Made by a program: the position numbers and the translations under genes. Source: Rhodobacter sp. (GTDB lineage Bacteria > Pseudomonadota > Alphaproteobacteria > Rhodobacterales > Rhodobacteraceae). From it: a stretch of 64,000 nt of DNA. The stretch covers positions 714 through 64,713 of the forward strand of contig JADCDI010000040.1 of NCBI GenBank assembly GCA_020251025.1, read 5' to 3'. Under the pieces are notes generated by a model. The model made no database searches and was not told the DNA's origin. It saw only the letters and a list, made by a program, of their open reading frames with translations. Each line of letters begins with the position of its first letter. Position 1 is the stretch's first letter. Below are positions 17,257 to 27,568 of this stretch, one piece after another.

Positions 17257-18753
17257 ATGACGGCGTGGAAGGATATGGGCAGCGGCGCGCGCGCCCTTTG
17301 GATCGGGGGGGGGGCCGTGGCGGCCGCAGCGGCCGCAGCCGCGCTGTGGATGGGGCTGAGCGGGCCTGCGCCCGCCCCTGCGCCTGCGGTGACAGACCCC
17401 CAGACGGCGGCCATCCCGGCCCCCGCCGCAACAGCACCCCCGGCACCGGACGCCACCGAAGCCCCGGCCCCCGCCGCGCCGGACACGCAGAAGGCCGCCA
17501 CCCCGGCCCCCGCCGCGCCGGCCCCCGCCGCGCCGGACGCTGCCGAAACCCCGGCCCCCGCCGCGCCGGGCACGCAGACAGCCGCCACCCCGGCCCCCGC
17601 CGCAACGGCACCCCCCGCACCGGACGCCGCCGAAACCCCGGCCCCGGAACCCGATGCGGCTGCGGAAGCCGCCGCCGAAAGTGCCGCTGGCGCGCCGGAC
17701 CCCGAATTGCCCGCTGCAGACCCCGTCTTGCCCGGCTTTGATGTCGTGCGTGTCTCGCCCGAAGGTGATGCCGTGATTGCGGGTCAGGCAGATCCGCGCT
17801 CTGCGGTTCTGGTCATGGTGGATGGGGTGCAGGCGGCCAGCACCACGGCGGATGCGCAGGGCAAATTTGTGTCCCTGTTCACCCTGCCGCCCGGTGCGGT
17901 GCCGCGCATCCTGACGCTGCAATCGGTGCTGGCGGACGGGCGGAGGCTGACCTCGTCTCAGTCCGTGATCCTTGCCCCCACTTTGCCGGTGCCCCCCGCC
18001 GCGCTGGCCGCCGCCGAAGGCCCGGCCACCGGAACTGCGGACCCCGCAGCGGACATCGCGGCGGCACAAGATACCACCCCCCCGGCAGACCCCGCCGCCG
18101 GGACGGTTGCAGCCGCCGCCCCCGCACCCGCCGCCACCGCGCCCGCTGCGGCTGCGCCCGCCACCGAAGGGGTGTCCGCCGCAGCGCCCGAACCAACCCC
18201 CCGGGCGGCGCTTTTGCTGGATGAAGGCGGTGTCAGGGTGCTGCAGGACGCCGGTGGCGGGGATATTGACCCCCGCAATGTCACGATCGACACCATCTCT
18301 TATTCCGCCGGGGGGGATGTGCAGCTTTCCGGTCGCGGGCAATCGCCGGGATTTGTGCGCCTTTACCTTGACAATCAGCCGCTGGTGGACGCCGAACTTG
18401 CGCCGGACGGAAGCTGGGCCGCAACGCTTCCTGCTGTCGCGACCGGCAAGTACCGTCTGCGCGCCGACCAGCTTGACGCCCAAGGCAAGGTGCTGTCGCG
18501 CTATGAAACGCCGTTTCAGCGTGAATCGCCCGAAGTCCTGGCCGCCGCCGCGCCGGACGGGGCCGATGCGCCGATGGCCGTCAAGGTCACGGTCCAGCCG
18601 GGCTTCACGCTGTGGGGGATTGCCAGGCAGAACTACGGCAGCGGTCTGCTCTATGTGCAGGTCTACGAGGCGAACAGGCAGATGATCGGCGATCCGGACC
18701 TGATCTATCCGGGCCAGGTCTTTAACGTTCCTGTCCGTACGCCGGTGCCGTAG
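17257..18753 (+). CDS. LysM peptidoglycan-binding protein with Pro/Ala-rich repeats
   Basis: N-terminal TM segment, long PA-rich linker, C-terminal LysM ([47 protein letters not shown]). Internal ATG 17257. Confidence 0.75.
   Translation: MTAWKDMGSGARALWIGGGAVAAAAAAAALWMGLSGPAPAPAPAVTDPQTAAIPAPAATAPPAPDATEAPAPAAPDTQKAATPAPAAPAPAAPDAAETPAPAAPGTQTAATPAPAATAPPAPDAAETPAPEPDAAAEAAAESAAGAPDPELPAADPVLPGFDVVRVSPEGDAVIAGQADPRSAVLVMVDGVQAASTTADAQGKFVSLFTLPPGAVPRILTLQSVLADGRRLTSSQSVILAPTLPVPPAALAAAEGPATGTADPAADIAAAQDTTPPADPAAGTVAAAAPAPAATAPAAAAPATEGVSAAAPEPTPRAALLLDEGGVRVLQDAGGGDIDPRNVTIDTISYSAGGDVQLSGRGQSPGFVRLYLDNQPLVDAELAPDGSWAATLPAVATGKYRLRADQLDAQGKVLSRYETPFQRESPEVLAAAAPDGADAPMAVKVTVQPGFTLWGIARQNYGSGLLYVQVYEANRQMIGDPDLIYPGQVFNVPVRTPVP
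17401..17650 (+). repeat. About 2.9 tandem copies of an 87-bp (29-aa) in-frame repeat
   Basis: Units start at 17401, 17488 and 17575 ([29 protein letters not shown] / [29 protein letters not shown] / [24 protein letters not shown]...). Confidence 0.8.
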
Positions 18754-19087
18754 GGGCGATTTCCCCCGGCCTGCGGGGCTGGCAGCAGGCCCGGACTTCG
18801 GGGTGGTCCATGCAGCAGTCGCGCAGCAGGGAACCGATGGTCTGGCCAAGCCCGCCAAGGTCGGCCGCATAGAAGACCTTGCGCGACACGCGGCGTGACC
18901 GGATCAGCCCGGCCTGTTCCAGCGCCGCCAGATGGAATGACAGCCGTGATGAGGTCATCCCGAGGTGACGGCCGATCTCTCCGGCTGAAAGCCCGGTTTC
19001 GCCCCTTGGCATCAGCAGGCAGACAAGCTCGAACCGCTTGTCACTGGCAAGTGCGGACAGGGCCGCCAGGACTTTACTTCGCTCCAT
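18722..19087 (-). CDS. ArsR/SmtB family metalloregulator with a Cys-rich C-terminus
   Basis: wHTH ...[39 protein letters not shown], with a C-terminal [13 protein letters not shown]. Divergent from the ABC exporter. Confidence 0.8.
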   Translation of the reverse strand: MERSKVLAALSALASDKRFELVCLLMPRGETGLSAGEIGRHLGMTSSRLSFHLAALEQAGLIRSRRVSRKVFYAADLGGLGQTIGSLLRDCCMDHPEVRACCQPRRPGEIAPTAPAYGQER

Positions 19088-19189
19088 CTTTCAAATACTC
19101 AAAAATCATTGAACTGTCGATGGATACCCCAGGATCAAGGCCGGATCAACGGCGCTTCTGCGGGCGGGGGGGCCGGGAAAGGGTTTTCG

Positions 19190-21028
19190 ATGCGCAAGGT
19201 AACCACCACCGCGACCAGCGCCGATGCGGCAGACCGGCCCACAAGCGGGCTGCAGACCATCCGCCGCGTGCTGCCCTATCTTTGGCCGGATGGGCAGGCC
19301 TGGGTCAAGCGCCGTGTCGTGCTGGCGCTGATGGCGCTGGTGGCGGGCAAGCTGATCTCTGTCACCACGCCCTATCTGTACAAGGTTGCGGTGGACGCGC
19401 TTGCCAGGGAACAGCACGACGATGCCTGGCTGCTGGTTTACGGCGCGGTCGGGCTGACGGTGGCTTATGGTGTGGCCCGGCTTGGGGCGGTGGCCTTCAA
19501 CGAATTGCGCGATGCCATCTTCGTGCGCGTCGGGCAAAGGGCGCTGCGGGCGCTGGCGCTGGAAACCTTTACCCATATCCACCGTCTGTCGATGCGCTAT
19601 CACATCACCCGCAAGACCGGCGGGCTGAGCCGCGTGATCGAACGCGGGGTGAAGGGGGTCGATTTCCTGCTGCGGTTCATGCTGTTTTCCATCGGGCCGC
19701 TGATCCTGGAACTGGTGCTGGTGGCGGTCATCTTCTGGAAGGTGTTCGGCTGGCAATACATGGCGGTCGTACTGATCACGATCACGCTTTATGTCCTGTT
19801 CACCTTCCGGGTCACCGAATGGCGCGTGAAGATCCGCCGCGAGATGAACGATCAGGATACAGACGCGAACCAGAAGGCGATCGACAGCCTGCTGAACTTT
19901 GAAACGGTCAAGTACTTTGGCGCGGAATCGCGCGAGGCGCGGCGGTACGACGCCGCGATGCAGCGCTATGAATCGGCTGCGGTGAAGACCGGCCTGTCTC
20001 TCAGCTTTCTCAATGGCGGGCAGGCCTTGATCATCACGACCGGTCTGGTTCTGGTCATGGTCATGGCCGCACTGGGGGTGCAGAGAGGCGCGCTGACGGT
20101 GGGCGATTTTGTCATGGTCAATGCCTACATGATCCAGATCACCCTGCCGCTTGGCTTTCTGGGCACGGTCTACCGCGAAATCCGGCAGGCTCTGGTCGAC
20201 ATGGGGGACATGTTCGGCCTGCTGTCGCAGCCCGCCGAGGTGACCGACAAGCCGGGGGCCCAGGACCTGCGGGTGACGGCAGGCGAGATTGTGTTTGACG
20301 GGGTCGGGTTCGGCTATGAGGACAGCCGCAGGATCCTCAAGGGCGTCTCGCTGCGCGTCGGACCGGGCGAGACGATTGCCCTCGTTGGCCCGTCCGGCTC
20401 TGGCAAATCCACCATCGGCCGGCTTCTCTTTCGCTTTTACGATGTCACCGCCGGGGCGATCCGGATTGACGGCCAGGACCTGCGCGATGTGACGCAGGAC
20501 AGCCTGCACGCGCAGATCGGGGTGGTGCCGCAGGATACGGTGCTGTTCAACGACACGGTCTATTACAACATCGCCTATGGCAACCCCGATGCCGGGCCCG
20601 AGGCGGTCGAGGCAGCCGCACGGGCCGCAAAGATTCACGACTTTATCCTGTCCCTGCCGGACGGCTACCGGACCACGGTCGGCGAACGCGGGCTGAAGCT
20701 GTCGGGGGGTGAAAAACAGCGCGTCGGCATCGCCCGCACCCTGCTGAAGAACCCGCCAATCCTGCTGCTGGACGAGGCGACGAGCGCGCTGGACACCCAG
20801 ACCGAGCGCGACATCCAGGACAGCCTGAAGGCCATGGGGCAGGGGCGCAGCGTGATCACCATCGCGCACCGTCTGTCCACCATCGTGGATGCCGACCGCA
20901 TCATCGTGCTGGAAGACGGCCATATCGTGGAAGAGGGGCAGCACGAGGCGCTTCTGGCCCGGGGCGGGCGCTATGCCGCGATGTGGGCACGCCAGTCATC
21001 CGAGGAAGAGGCCGCCCGGGCCGCCTGA
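19190..21028 (+). CDS. ABC transporter, fused permease/ATPase, Atm1/ABCB7-like exporter
   Basis: Six-TM domain then an NBD with GPSGSGKST (Walker A), LSGGEKQRVGIAR (signature) and ILLLDEATSALD (Walker B). N-terminal LPYLWP... is typical of Atm1 homologues. Confidence 0.85.
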   Translation: MRKVTTTATSADAADRPTSGLQTIRRVLPYLWPDGQAWVKRRVVLALMALVAGKLISVTTPYLYKVAVDALAREQHDDAWLLVYGAVGLTVAYGVARLGAVAFNELRDAIFVRVGQRALRALALETFTHIHRLSMRYHITRKTGGLSRVIERGVKGVDFLLRFMLFSIGPLILELVLVAVIFWKVFGWQYMAVVLITITLYVLFTFRVTEWRVKIRREMNDQDTDANQKAIDSLLNFETVKYFGAESREARRYDAAMQRYESAAVKTGLSLSFLNGGQALIITTGLVLVMVMAALGVQRGALTVGDFVMVNAYMIQITLPLGFLGTVYREIRQALVDMGDMFGLLSQPAEVTDKPGAQDLRVTAGEIVFDGVGFGYEDSRRILKGVSLRVGPGETIALVGPSGSGKSTIGRLLFRFYDVTAGAIRIDGQDLRDVTQDSLHAQIGVVPQDTVLFNDTVYYNIAYGNPDAGPEAVEAAARAAKIHDFILSLPDGYRTTVGERGLKLSGGEKQRVGIARTLLKNPPILLLDEATSALDTQTERDIQDSLKAMGQGRSVITIAHRLSTIVDADRIIVLEDGHIVEEGQHEALLARGGRYAAMWARQSSEEEAARAA

Positions 21029-21107
21029 GGCCGGGCCGGCCCCGGGGCGCCGGGGTTGCGCGGCGGGCGGCGCGCAAGTATGACACTGCAAAACCACGGA
21101 GGCCTGC

Positions 21108-21755
21108 GTGAGCAACCCGGACAGTTTCATCGATGAAGTGACCGAAGAGGTTCGGCGCGACAAGCTTTTCGGCTATTTGCGCCGCTATGGCTGGATCGGG
21201 ATTCTGGCTGTGTTTCTGCTGGTGGGCGGGGCGGCCTACCGCGAATACCGGCTTGCCGCGAAACAGGCGGACTCCGAGGCATTCGGGGACGCCGTGCTCG
21301 ATGCCCTGGATCAGGACGATCCTGCGGCCCGCAGCGCGGCCCTGGCCGCTGTTGACGCACCCGGCCAGCGGCGCGCCCTGCTGGGCCTGCTGCAATCAAG
21401 TGACCCCGAAACCGACAAGGCCGCGGCACTTGCGGCGCTGGCCCTGGTTGCCGGTGATGCGACACTTCCCGCCAGTTACCGGGATCTGGCGGTTCTGCGC
21501 CGCGTGATCGTGGCCGGGGCGGACCTGCCCGCAGAGGAACGCCGCGCGCTGCTGGAACCCATTGCGCAACCGGGGCGGCCCTACCGCACGCTGGCGCTGG
21601 AGCAACTGGCGCTGCTTCTGGTCGAAACCGGCGATCCCGCTGCCGCGATCACGGCGCTGGAGGCCCTGCGTCAGGATCAGGAAGCGACTGCGGGCCTGCG
21701 CCGCCGGGCCGGGCAGATGATTGTCGCGCTGGGTGGAAAACCTGCAACCAACTGA
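21108..21755 (+). CDS. YfgM-like TPR membrane protein
   Basis: GTG start. N-terminus FIDEVTEEVRRDKLFGYLRRYGW plus one TM, in the conserved position upstream of bamB-der. Confidence 0.6.
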   Translation: MSNPDSFIDEVTEEVRRDKLFGYLRRYGWIGILAVFLLVGGAAYREYRLAAKQADSEAFGDAVLDALDQDDPAARSAALAAVDAPGQRRALLGLLQSSDPETDKAAALAALALVAGDATLPASYRDLAVLRRVIVAGADLPAEERRALLEPIAQPGRPYRTLALEQLALLLVETGDPAAAITALEALRQDQEATAGLRRRAGQMIVALGGKPATN

Positions 21756-21793
21756 CGGCGCGCCCGTTCCGTCGCGGCACCGGGGAGAGGAAG

Positions 21794-23131
21794 ATGCGGA
21801 ATGCTCTGGTTGCGGGACTTGCGATGGTCAGCCTGCTGGCAGGCTGCACCGAAAGGGAAGTGATCCTTGCGGGCGAGCGCTTTGACGTCCGCACCCCCCT
21901 GGAGGCGAGCATTCCCGCGCAGGGCGCGCCCGCGCCCAAAGAGAGCGTGACCGAAAACCGCAGCGTCCCGATCAGCCTGCCATCCCCGGTTGTGAATGCG
22001 GATTGGACCCACCGGGGCGGCAATGTGCGCCACCTGGCCCCGCATGTGACCCTGTCCGCACAGCCCGCACGGGTCTGGACGGCCGATATCGGCGAAGGCA
22101 ACTCGCGCCGGAACCGGATTGCCACGACGCCGGTCGTGGCGGGGGGGCGGGTCTTCACGCTGGATGCACGCGCCACCGTTACGGCGACATCAACGGCGGG
22201 CGCGACCCTTTGGCAGGTCAGTCTGGTACCCGCGAACGATGACGGGTCCGAAGTGTCGGGCGGCGGTCTGGCTTTTGGGGATGGCAAGGTTTTTGTCACC
22301 ACCGTGTTCGGCGAGATGGCGGCGCTGGACCCGGCCACGGGTGCGATTGTCTGGCGGCAGCGCTTTCTTGCCCCGATCACCAGCGCGCCGACCGTTGCGG
22401 AAGGCATCGTCTATGTCGTCGCCGATGACAATTCCGCCTGGGCGGTGACCACCGCAGACGGGCGCCTGCGCTGGGAGATTCCGGCAGCACCATCGACGCC
22501 CGGCAGGCTGGGCGGTGCGGGGCCGGCCATAGCCGACGGTCTTGTTCTTCTTCCCTTCCCGAACGGCCAGCTCGTTGGTGCGCTGCGCAAGGGCGGCGTC
22601 GAAGTGTGGCGGGCCCCGGTAGCGGGCCGGCGTCTGGGGCGGGCCTACGGCATGGTTTCCGAAATCAGCGCCGATCCGGTCGTGGCCGGGCCTGTCACCT
22701 ATGTCGGCAATGCCAGCGGACGCCTTGTTGCGCTGGATACCCGGTCGGGGGAAGAGAGATGGGCTGCCATCGAAGGGGCGACCGCAGCCGTGGCCGTCGG
22801 CGGCGGGTCGGTCTTCATGGTGAATGACGAGGCACGCCTGCTGCGCCTTGACGCCGCCACCGGCAATGTGATCTGGCAGGTTGAGCTGCCCTATTTCGTC
22901 AACGACAGGCCCAACAGGCGCAAGGCGATTTTCGCCCATTACGGGCCGATTCTGGCCGGGGGCCGTGTTGTTGTCGCCTCGTCCGACGGGCTTTTGCGGT
23001 TCTTCAGCCCTGTGGACGGCAGCCTTTCCGGATCGCTTGAGATTCCGGGCGGTGCGGCGGCATCCCCCGTTGCGGCGGGTGGTGTGATTTATGTCGTCGG
23101 GACGGAAGGGCAACTTCACGCTTTCCGTTAG
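21794..23131 (+). CDS. bamB: Outer membrane protein assembly factor BamB (PQQ-like beta-propeller lipoprotein)
   Basis: Lipobox LLAGC and repeated propeller blades (...G.V...D.G.L.ALD...G...W). Immediately upstream of der. Confidence 0.75.
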   Translation: MRNALVAGLAMVSLLAGCTEREVILAGERFDVRTPLEASIPAQGAPAPKESVTENRSVPISLPSPVVNADWTHRGGNVRHLAPHVTLSAQPARVWTADIGEGNSRRNRIATTPVVAGGRVFTLDARATVTATSTAGATLWQVSLVPANDDGSEVSGGGLAFGDGKVFVTTVFGEMAALDPATGAIVWRQRFLAPITSAPTVAEGIVYVVADDNSAWAVTTADGRLRWEIPAAPSTPGRLGGAGPAIADGLVLLPFPNGQLVGALRKGGVEVWRAPVAGRRLGRAYGMVSEISADPVVAGPVTYVGNASGRLVALDTRSGEERWAAIEGATAAVAVGGGSVFMVNDEARLLRLDAATGNVIWQVELPYFVNDRPNRRKAIFAHYGPILAGGRVVVASSDGLLRFFSPVDGSLSGSLEIPGGAAASPVAAGGVIYVVGTEGQLHAFR

Positions 23132-23188
23132 GCGGCGTTGCGTGTAGGGCCATCCGCCTGACTGTCGAACCGGCCTGCGGAGGGCGAG

Positions 23189-24658
23189 ATGACCTTTACC
23201 CTTGCGATCGTCGGGCGTCCCAACGTTGGCAAATCCACCCTGTTCAACCGGCTTGTCGGGCGCAAGGTGGCACTGGTGGATGACCAGCCCGGCGTCACCC
23301 GCGATCTGCGCGAGGGGGACGCCCGCATCCTTGACCTGCGCTTTACCGTGATCGACACCGCCGGGCTGGAAGATGTGACCGATGACAGCCTGCAGGGCCG
23401 GATGCGGCGGCTGACCGAACGCGCGGTGGACATGGCGGATGTCTGCCTGTTCCTGATCGACGGCCGCGTCGGTGTGACGGCCACCGATCAGGTCTTTGCC
23501 GGGATCCTGCGCAAGAAGAATGCCCGCGTCATCGTCGGTGTGAACAAGTCCGAAGGAAGGGCGGGCGATTCGGGCGTGCTCGAGGCCTATGCGCTGGGTC
23601 TGGGAGAGCCGCTGCGGCTTTCGGCGGAACATGGCGAAGGGATCGACGATCTGTACCATATCCTGCGCCCCATCGGCCAGGAGTTTGCCGAACGCGCCGC
23701 CCGGGATGCGCCGCAGGTCGATCTGGACCTGTCCGAAGAGGAGGCCGCGGCCGGTGCCGATCCGGATGCCCACAGGCCCACTGCAAAGCGGCCGCTGCAG
23801 ATTGCCGTCATCGGCCGCCCCAACGCGGGCAAATCGACGCTGATCAACCGCATCCTGGGCGAAGAGCGGATGCTGACCGGCCCCGAGGCCGGCATCACCC
23901 GCGATGCAATCTCTGTCCGGGCCGACTGGATGGGCACTCCGATCCGCATCTTCGACACCGCCGGGATGCGCAAGAAGGCGCGGATCAGCGACAAGGTGGA
24001 AAAACTTTCCGTGGCCGACGGCCTGCGGGCGGTGCGCTTTGCCGAAGTGGTGGTCGTTCTTCTGGATGTCGGCACGCCCTTTGAACAGCAGGATCTGCGC
24101 ATTGCCGACTATGCCGAAACCGAAGGCCGCGCCGTGGTGATCGCCGTGAACAAATGGGATCTGGAGGGCGGCAAGCAGGAAAAACTGGCCGAACTGCGCG
24201 AGATGTTCGAACGCCTGCTGCCGCAACTGCGCGGGGCGCCGCTGGTCACGGTTTCGGCCAGGACGGGGCGCGGTCTGGACCGGCTGCATGCGGCGATCCT
24301 GCGGGCGCATGACATCTGGAACAGGCGTATCCCCACCGCGCGGCTGAACACCTGGCTGGGTGCCATGACCGAGGCGCATCCCCCGCCCGCCCCCGGCGGG
24401 CGGCGCATCAGGCTGCGCTACATGACCCAGGTCAAGACCCGCCCGCCGGGCTTCGTCGCGATGTGTTCGCACCCCGATCTTTTGCCCGAAAGCTACCGCC
24501 GCTACCTGGTCAACGGGCTGCGCGACCATTTCGACATGCCCGGCACGCCGATCCGCATCACCCTGCGCGGGCAGGGCGACAAGAACCCGTTCAAGGACCG
24601 CAAGTTCCACACCCCGTCGCGGCTGCGCAAGCATATGGAAAAGAACACGGGCGCGTGA
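23189..24658 (+). CDS. der: Ribosome-associated GTPase Der (EngA)
   Basis: Two G domains ([13 protein letters not shown]...DTAG; [13 protein letters not shown]...DTAGMR...NKWD) plus a KH-like C-terminus. Confidence 0.93.
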   Translation: MTFTLAIVGRPNVGKSTLFNRLVGRKVALVDDQPGVTRDLREGDARILDLRFTVIDTAGLEDVTDDSLQGRMRRLTERAVDMADVCLFLIDGRVGVTATDQVFAGILRKKNARVIVGVNKSEGRAGDSGVLEAYALGLGEPLRLSAEHGEGIDDLYHILRPIGQEFAERAARDAPQVDLDLSEEEAAAGADPDAHRPTAKRPLQIAVIGRPNAGKSTLINRILGEERMLTGPEAGITRDAISVRADWMGTPIRIFDTAGMRKKARISDKVEKLSVADGLRAVRFAEVVVVLLDVGTPFEQQDLRIADYAETEGRAVVIAVNKWDLEGGKQEKLAELREMFERLLPQLRGAPLVTVSARTGRGLDRLHAAILRAHDIWNRRIPTARLNTWLGAMTEAHPPPAPGGRRIRLRYMTQVKTRPPGFVAMCSHPDLLPESYRRYLVNGLRDHFDMPGTPIRITLRGQGDKNPFKDRKFHTPSRLRKHMEKNTGA

Positions 24659-24862
24659 CGCGGCGTTCATGGGACCCGAAAGCAAACGTCCAGTGGGCGT
24701 TGCCGGGCCCGGTTGCCAAGGGCGCAAGCCCGCAGGCAAGGGGCCTGCCGCCTGCACCACGGCAGATAATCCGTCCGCTCCTGCCACGGGCAGGCGTGGA
24801 GGGAACTGTCGCGCGTCAAATCCGTCAACAATTCAAGCAAATCAATACCTTGCGGGGGAATG

Positions 24863-25588
24863 TTAAGGCGATCTGCCCCGCCGCACCCGCCAGGCTGCCG
24901 CCAGCATCACCACGCAGCCTGCCGCAGCCAGCGCGGTGACCGCAAGGTTTCCCGCCCCGTTGCGCACAGAGACGCCAAACAGTGCCCAGACAACGGTCAG
25001 CCCGTATTCCGGCGCCCGCCCCAACCAAAGCTGCACCGATACCGCCAGCACCAGCACGAAAGGCAGCAGGACCATCGCCGCGCCCGTATCGGTCAGCCAG
25101 CCAAAGCCCGCCAGCAGCACGCCCAGCGACACGCCCGTGGCCGCCGTGAGCCAGCCCGCATAAATCGCCAGCGGGGCCAGCAGCAGCCAGCGGTCAGGAA
25201 CGCCGGGCGCGCGCAGCAGCGCCACCAGCGCACCCGCCAGCATCACCGCAATCAGCACGCTGGCCCAGACAGGATCGCGCACCGCGACAAACAGCCAGAC
25301 GGACCCCACCGCCAGCGACAGGGTCAGTGGCGCGCGGACGCCATCCCAGGTGGGATCATCCGCGCGCCGCCACAGCCCGAACCCGGCATGCAGGACCAGC
25401 CACAGATAGATCAGCCCCCAGATGCCAAAGGCATAGCCCGCCGGCAGGATCGCCGGGGCGTCAAGCCGGACCGGAAACTGCGTGGCGTCATAGCCCCGGA
25501 AATCCGGCGTCAGCAGCGGCGACAGGCCAAAGGCCAGCGCCATCAGCAGCACAAGGACCGGTTTGGGGCGCAGCGCGGGGCCGGTCAT
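24863..25588 (-). CDS. Multi-pass integral membrane protein, unknown function
   Basis: Internal ATG 25588 of ORF 24863..25858, overlapping the serS stop (ATGA). About 7 hydrophobic segments, Trp-rich. Confidence 0.55.
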   Translation of the reverse strand: MTGPALRPKPVLVLLMALAFGLSPLLTPDFRGYDATQFPVRLDAPAILPAGYAFGIWGLIYLWLVLHAGFGLWRRADDPTWDGVRAPLTLSLAVGSVWLFVAVRDPVWASVLIAVMLAGALVALLRAPGVPDRWLLLAPLAIYAGWLTAATGVSLGVLLAGFGWLTDTGAAMVLLPFVLVLAVSVQLWLGRAPEYGLTVVWALFGVSVRNGAGNLAVTALAAAGCVVMLAAAWRVRRGRSP

Positions 25589-26874
25589 TGCAGCGTCCCG
25601 TCGGCCGCAATCCGTGTCTTGCCACCCAGATAGGGCCCCAGCACGGGCGGCAGATCGACCGATCCGTCTTCCTGCTGGCCGTTTTCCAGCACCGCAATCA
25701 GCGTGCGCCCCACGGCCAGTCCGGACCCGTTCAGCGTATGCACAAATTCCGGCTTGCCGCCCGCAGCGCGGTAGCGCGCATTCATCCGCCGCGCCTGAAA
25801 ATCGCCGCAGACCGATACGGAACTGATTTCGCGGTAGGTGTTCTGCCCGGGCAGCCACACCTCGAGGTCATGCGTCTTCTGCGCGCCAAAACCCATGTCA
25901 CCGGCGCACAGCACCACGGTGCGATAGGGCAGGCCCAGCTTTTCAAGGATCGCTTCCGCGCAGCGCGTCATGCGGTCATGTTCTGCCAGGCTGGTTTCGG
26001 GCGTGGTGATGCTGACCATCTCGACCTTTTCAAACTGGTGCTGGCGCAGCATTCCGGCGGTATCCCGCCCCGCCGACCCGGCTTCAGAGCGGAAGCACTG
26101 GGTATGCGCGGTCATCCGGACCGGCAGTTGCGCCGCCTCCAGCACCTCACCCGCGACGGTATTGGTCAGGGTCACTTCGGACGTGGGGATCAGCCACCAG
26201 CCATTGGTGGTCTGATAGCTGTCTTCGGCGAATTTCGGCAGTTGGTTGGTGCCGACCATCGCCTCTTCCCTGACCAGAACGGGGGTCCAGACCTCGGTCA
26301 GGCCGTGTTCGGTGATATGCGTGTCCAGCATGAATTGCGCCAGCGCCCGGTGCAGGCGGATCACGGCCCCTTTGAGCACCACAAAGCGGCTGCCGGAAAG
26401 CCTGGCGGCGGTCTCGAAATCCATCCCCGGCCTGACGCCTGCAATCTCGTAATGTTCCCTGGGCGCAAAGGCGAAATCGCGCGGGCTGCCCCAGCGGCGC
26501 ACCTCGACGTTACCCGCCTCGTCCGCGCCATCGGGCACGTCGGGATGCGGCAGGTTGGGAATGGTCAGAAGCATGTCGCGCAACTGCATGTCCAGCGCCG
26601 CCGCCTGCGCCGCAAAGGCGTCCGCCGCCGCCTTGCTGTCGGCCACCCGCCCGCGCAGCGCCTCAAACGCGGCCCCGTCGCCCTTTGCCTTGGCGGCCCC
26701 TGCGTCTTTCGACAGGACGTTGATCGCGGCCTTCGCCTCTTCCGCCTGCCGGATGGCCGTTCGCCGCGCCTCATCCAGTGCCAGGATTTCCGCCGACAGC
26801 CCGGACAGCCCCCGGCGCGCAAGGGCGGCGTCGAATGCGGCAGGGTTGCCGCGGATGGCGCGGATGTCGTGCAT
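25585..26874 (-). CDS. serS: Serine--tRNA ligase
   Basis: [22 protein letters not shown]..., coiled-coil arm, class II motifs ...[21 protein letters not shown]... and [16 protein letters not shown]. Internal ATG 26874. Confidence 0.93.
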   Translation of the reverse strand: MHDIRAIRGNPAAFDAALARRGLSGLSAEILALDEARRTAIRQAEEAKAAINVLSKDAGAAKAKGDGAAFEALRGRVADSKAAADAFAAQAAALDMQLRDMLLTIPNLPHPDVPDGADEAGNVEVRRWGSPRDFAFAPREHYEIAGVRPGMDFETAARLSGSRFVVLKGAVIRLHRALAQFMLDTHITEHGLTEVWTPVLVREEAMVGTNQLPKFAEDSYQTTNGWWLIPTSEVTLTNTVAGEVLEAAQLPVRMTAHTQCFRSEAGSAGRDTAGMLRQHQFEKVEMVSITTPETSLAEHDRMTRCAEAILEKLGLPYRTVVLCAGDMGFGAQKTHDLEVWLPGQNTYREISSVSVCGDFQARRMNARYRAAGGKPEFVHTLNGSGLAVGRTLIAVLENGQQEDGSVDLPPVLGPYLGGKTRIAADGTLQ

Positions 26875-27212
26875 GGGTCTGGGTCCTTTGCGGTCTTTGT
26901 CGCCCCATATGCCCGATTGCGCCTTTGGGTGGAAGGGGCGCGCTGCGCGGGTGGTGACGGCCAAGGGCGGGCAAGGGACGCGCAGGCAGGCCCCCTGCGC
27001 CCCTGGCCCGTACCGGCACGCGATCCGGCCCGGTACCGCATCGCCCCGGCGCCGCGGCCGGGATTTACTGCCGCCGGCGCGGTTGACCCGCACCGCACCG
27101 CCCCACATATCCCGCCGACCCCTTGCCTTGCCATCCCCCGGCCCCGGCGATAGGGTGCGGCGCAATTCAGACCGGGGGCATCCCCCGGCCCCGACCAAGG
27201 AAAGGACGATCG

Positions 27213-27536
27213 ATGTTCATAACCCCCGCCTTTGCCCAGGCTGCCCCCGGCGGCGCGGCAGGTGCCTTTACCAGCTTTGTGCCGCTGATCCTGATCTTTG
27301 CGATCATGTATTTCCTGCTGATCCGTCCGCAGCAGAAAAAACTGAAAGAACACAAGGCTATGGTCGAGGCACTGCGGCGTGGTGACCAGATTCTGAGCCA
27401 GGGCGGCATCATCGGCAAGGTCGTGAAGGTGCATGAAGACGGGGTTCTGGAAGTCGAGATTGCCGAAGGGGTGAAGGTGCGCATGCCGCGACATACCGTC
27501 GCCCAGGTCATGTCGAAAACCGAACCGACCGCCTGA
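27213..27536 (+). CDS. yajC: Preprotein translocase subunit YajC
   Basis: [26 protein letters not shown]...L..GD.I.T.GG..G.V. Confidence 0.9.
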   Translation: MFITPAFAQAAPGGAAGAFTSFVPLILIFAIMYFLLIRPQQKKLKEHKAMVEALRRGDQILSQGGIIGKVVKVHEDGVLEVEIAEGVKVRMPRHTVAQVMSKTEPTA

Positions 27537-27568
27537 TCCTTTGTGATCGCTGACCCTGGACCTGCCCG

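Noticed and set aside
17140-18870. 5' extension of ORF 16576..18870 (764 aa) beyond the LOG domain
   Set aside because: Only the last 188 codons are LOG-like and start at a good ATG (17139). The extension is antisense to the LysM gene and reads as Gly/Arg repeats.
19106-20944. 612-aa ORF on the minus strand
   Set aside because: Antisense to the Atm1-like ABC transporter, which has clear Walker A, signature and Walker B motifs.
22190-24787. 865-aa ORF on the minus strand
   Set aside because: Antisense to bamB and der. No motifs; GC-rich shadow frame.
24659-24862. Possible small RNA (e.g. SRP RNA) in the der-downstream intergenic region
   Set aside because: No conserved SRP or 6S-type motifs and no strong structure recognisable by eye. 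Left unannotated.
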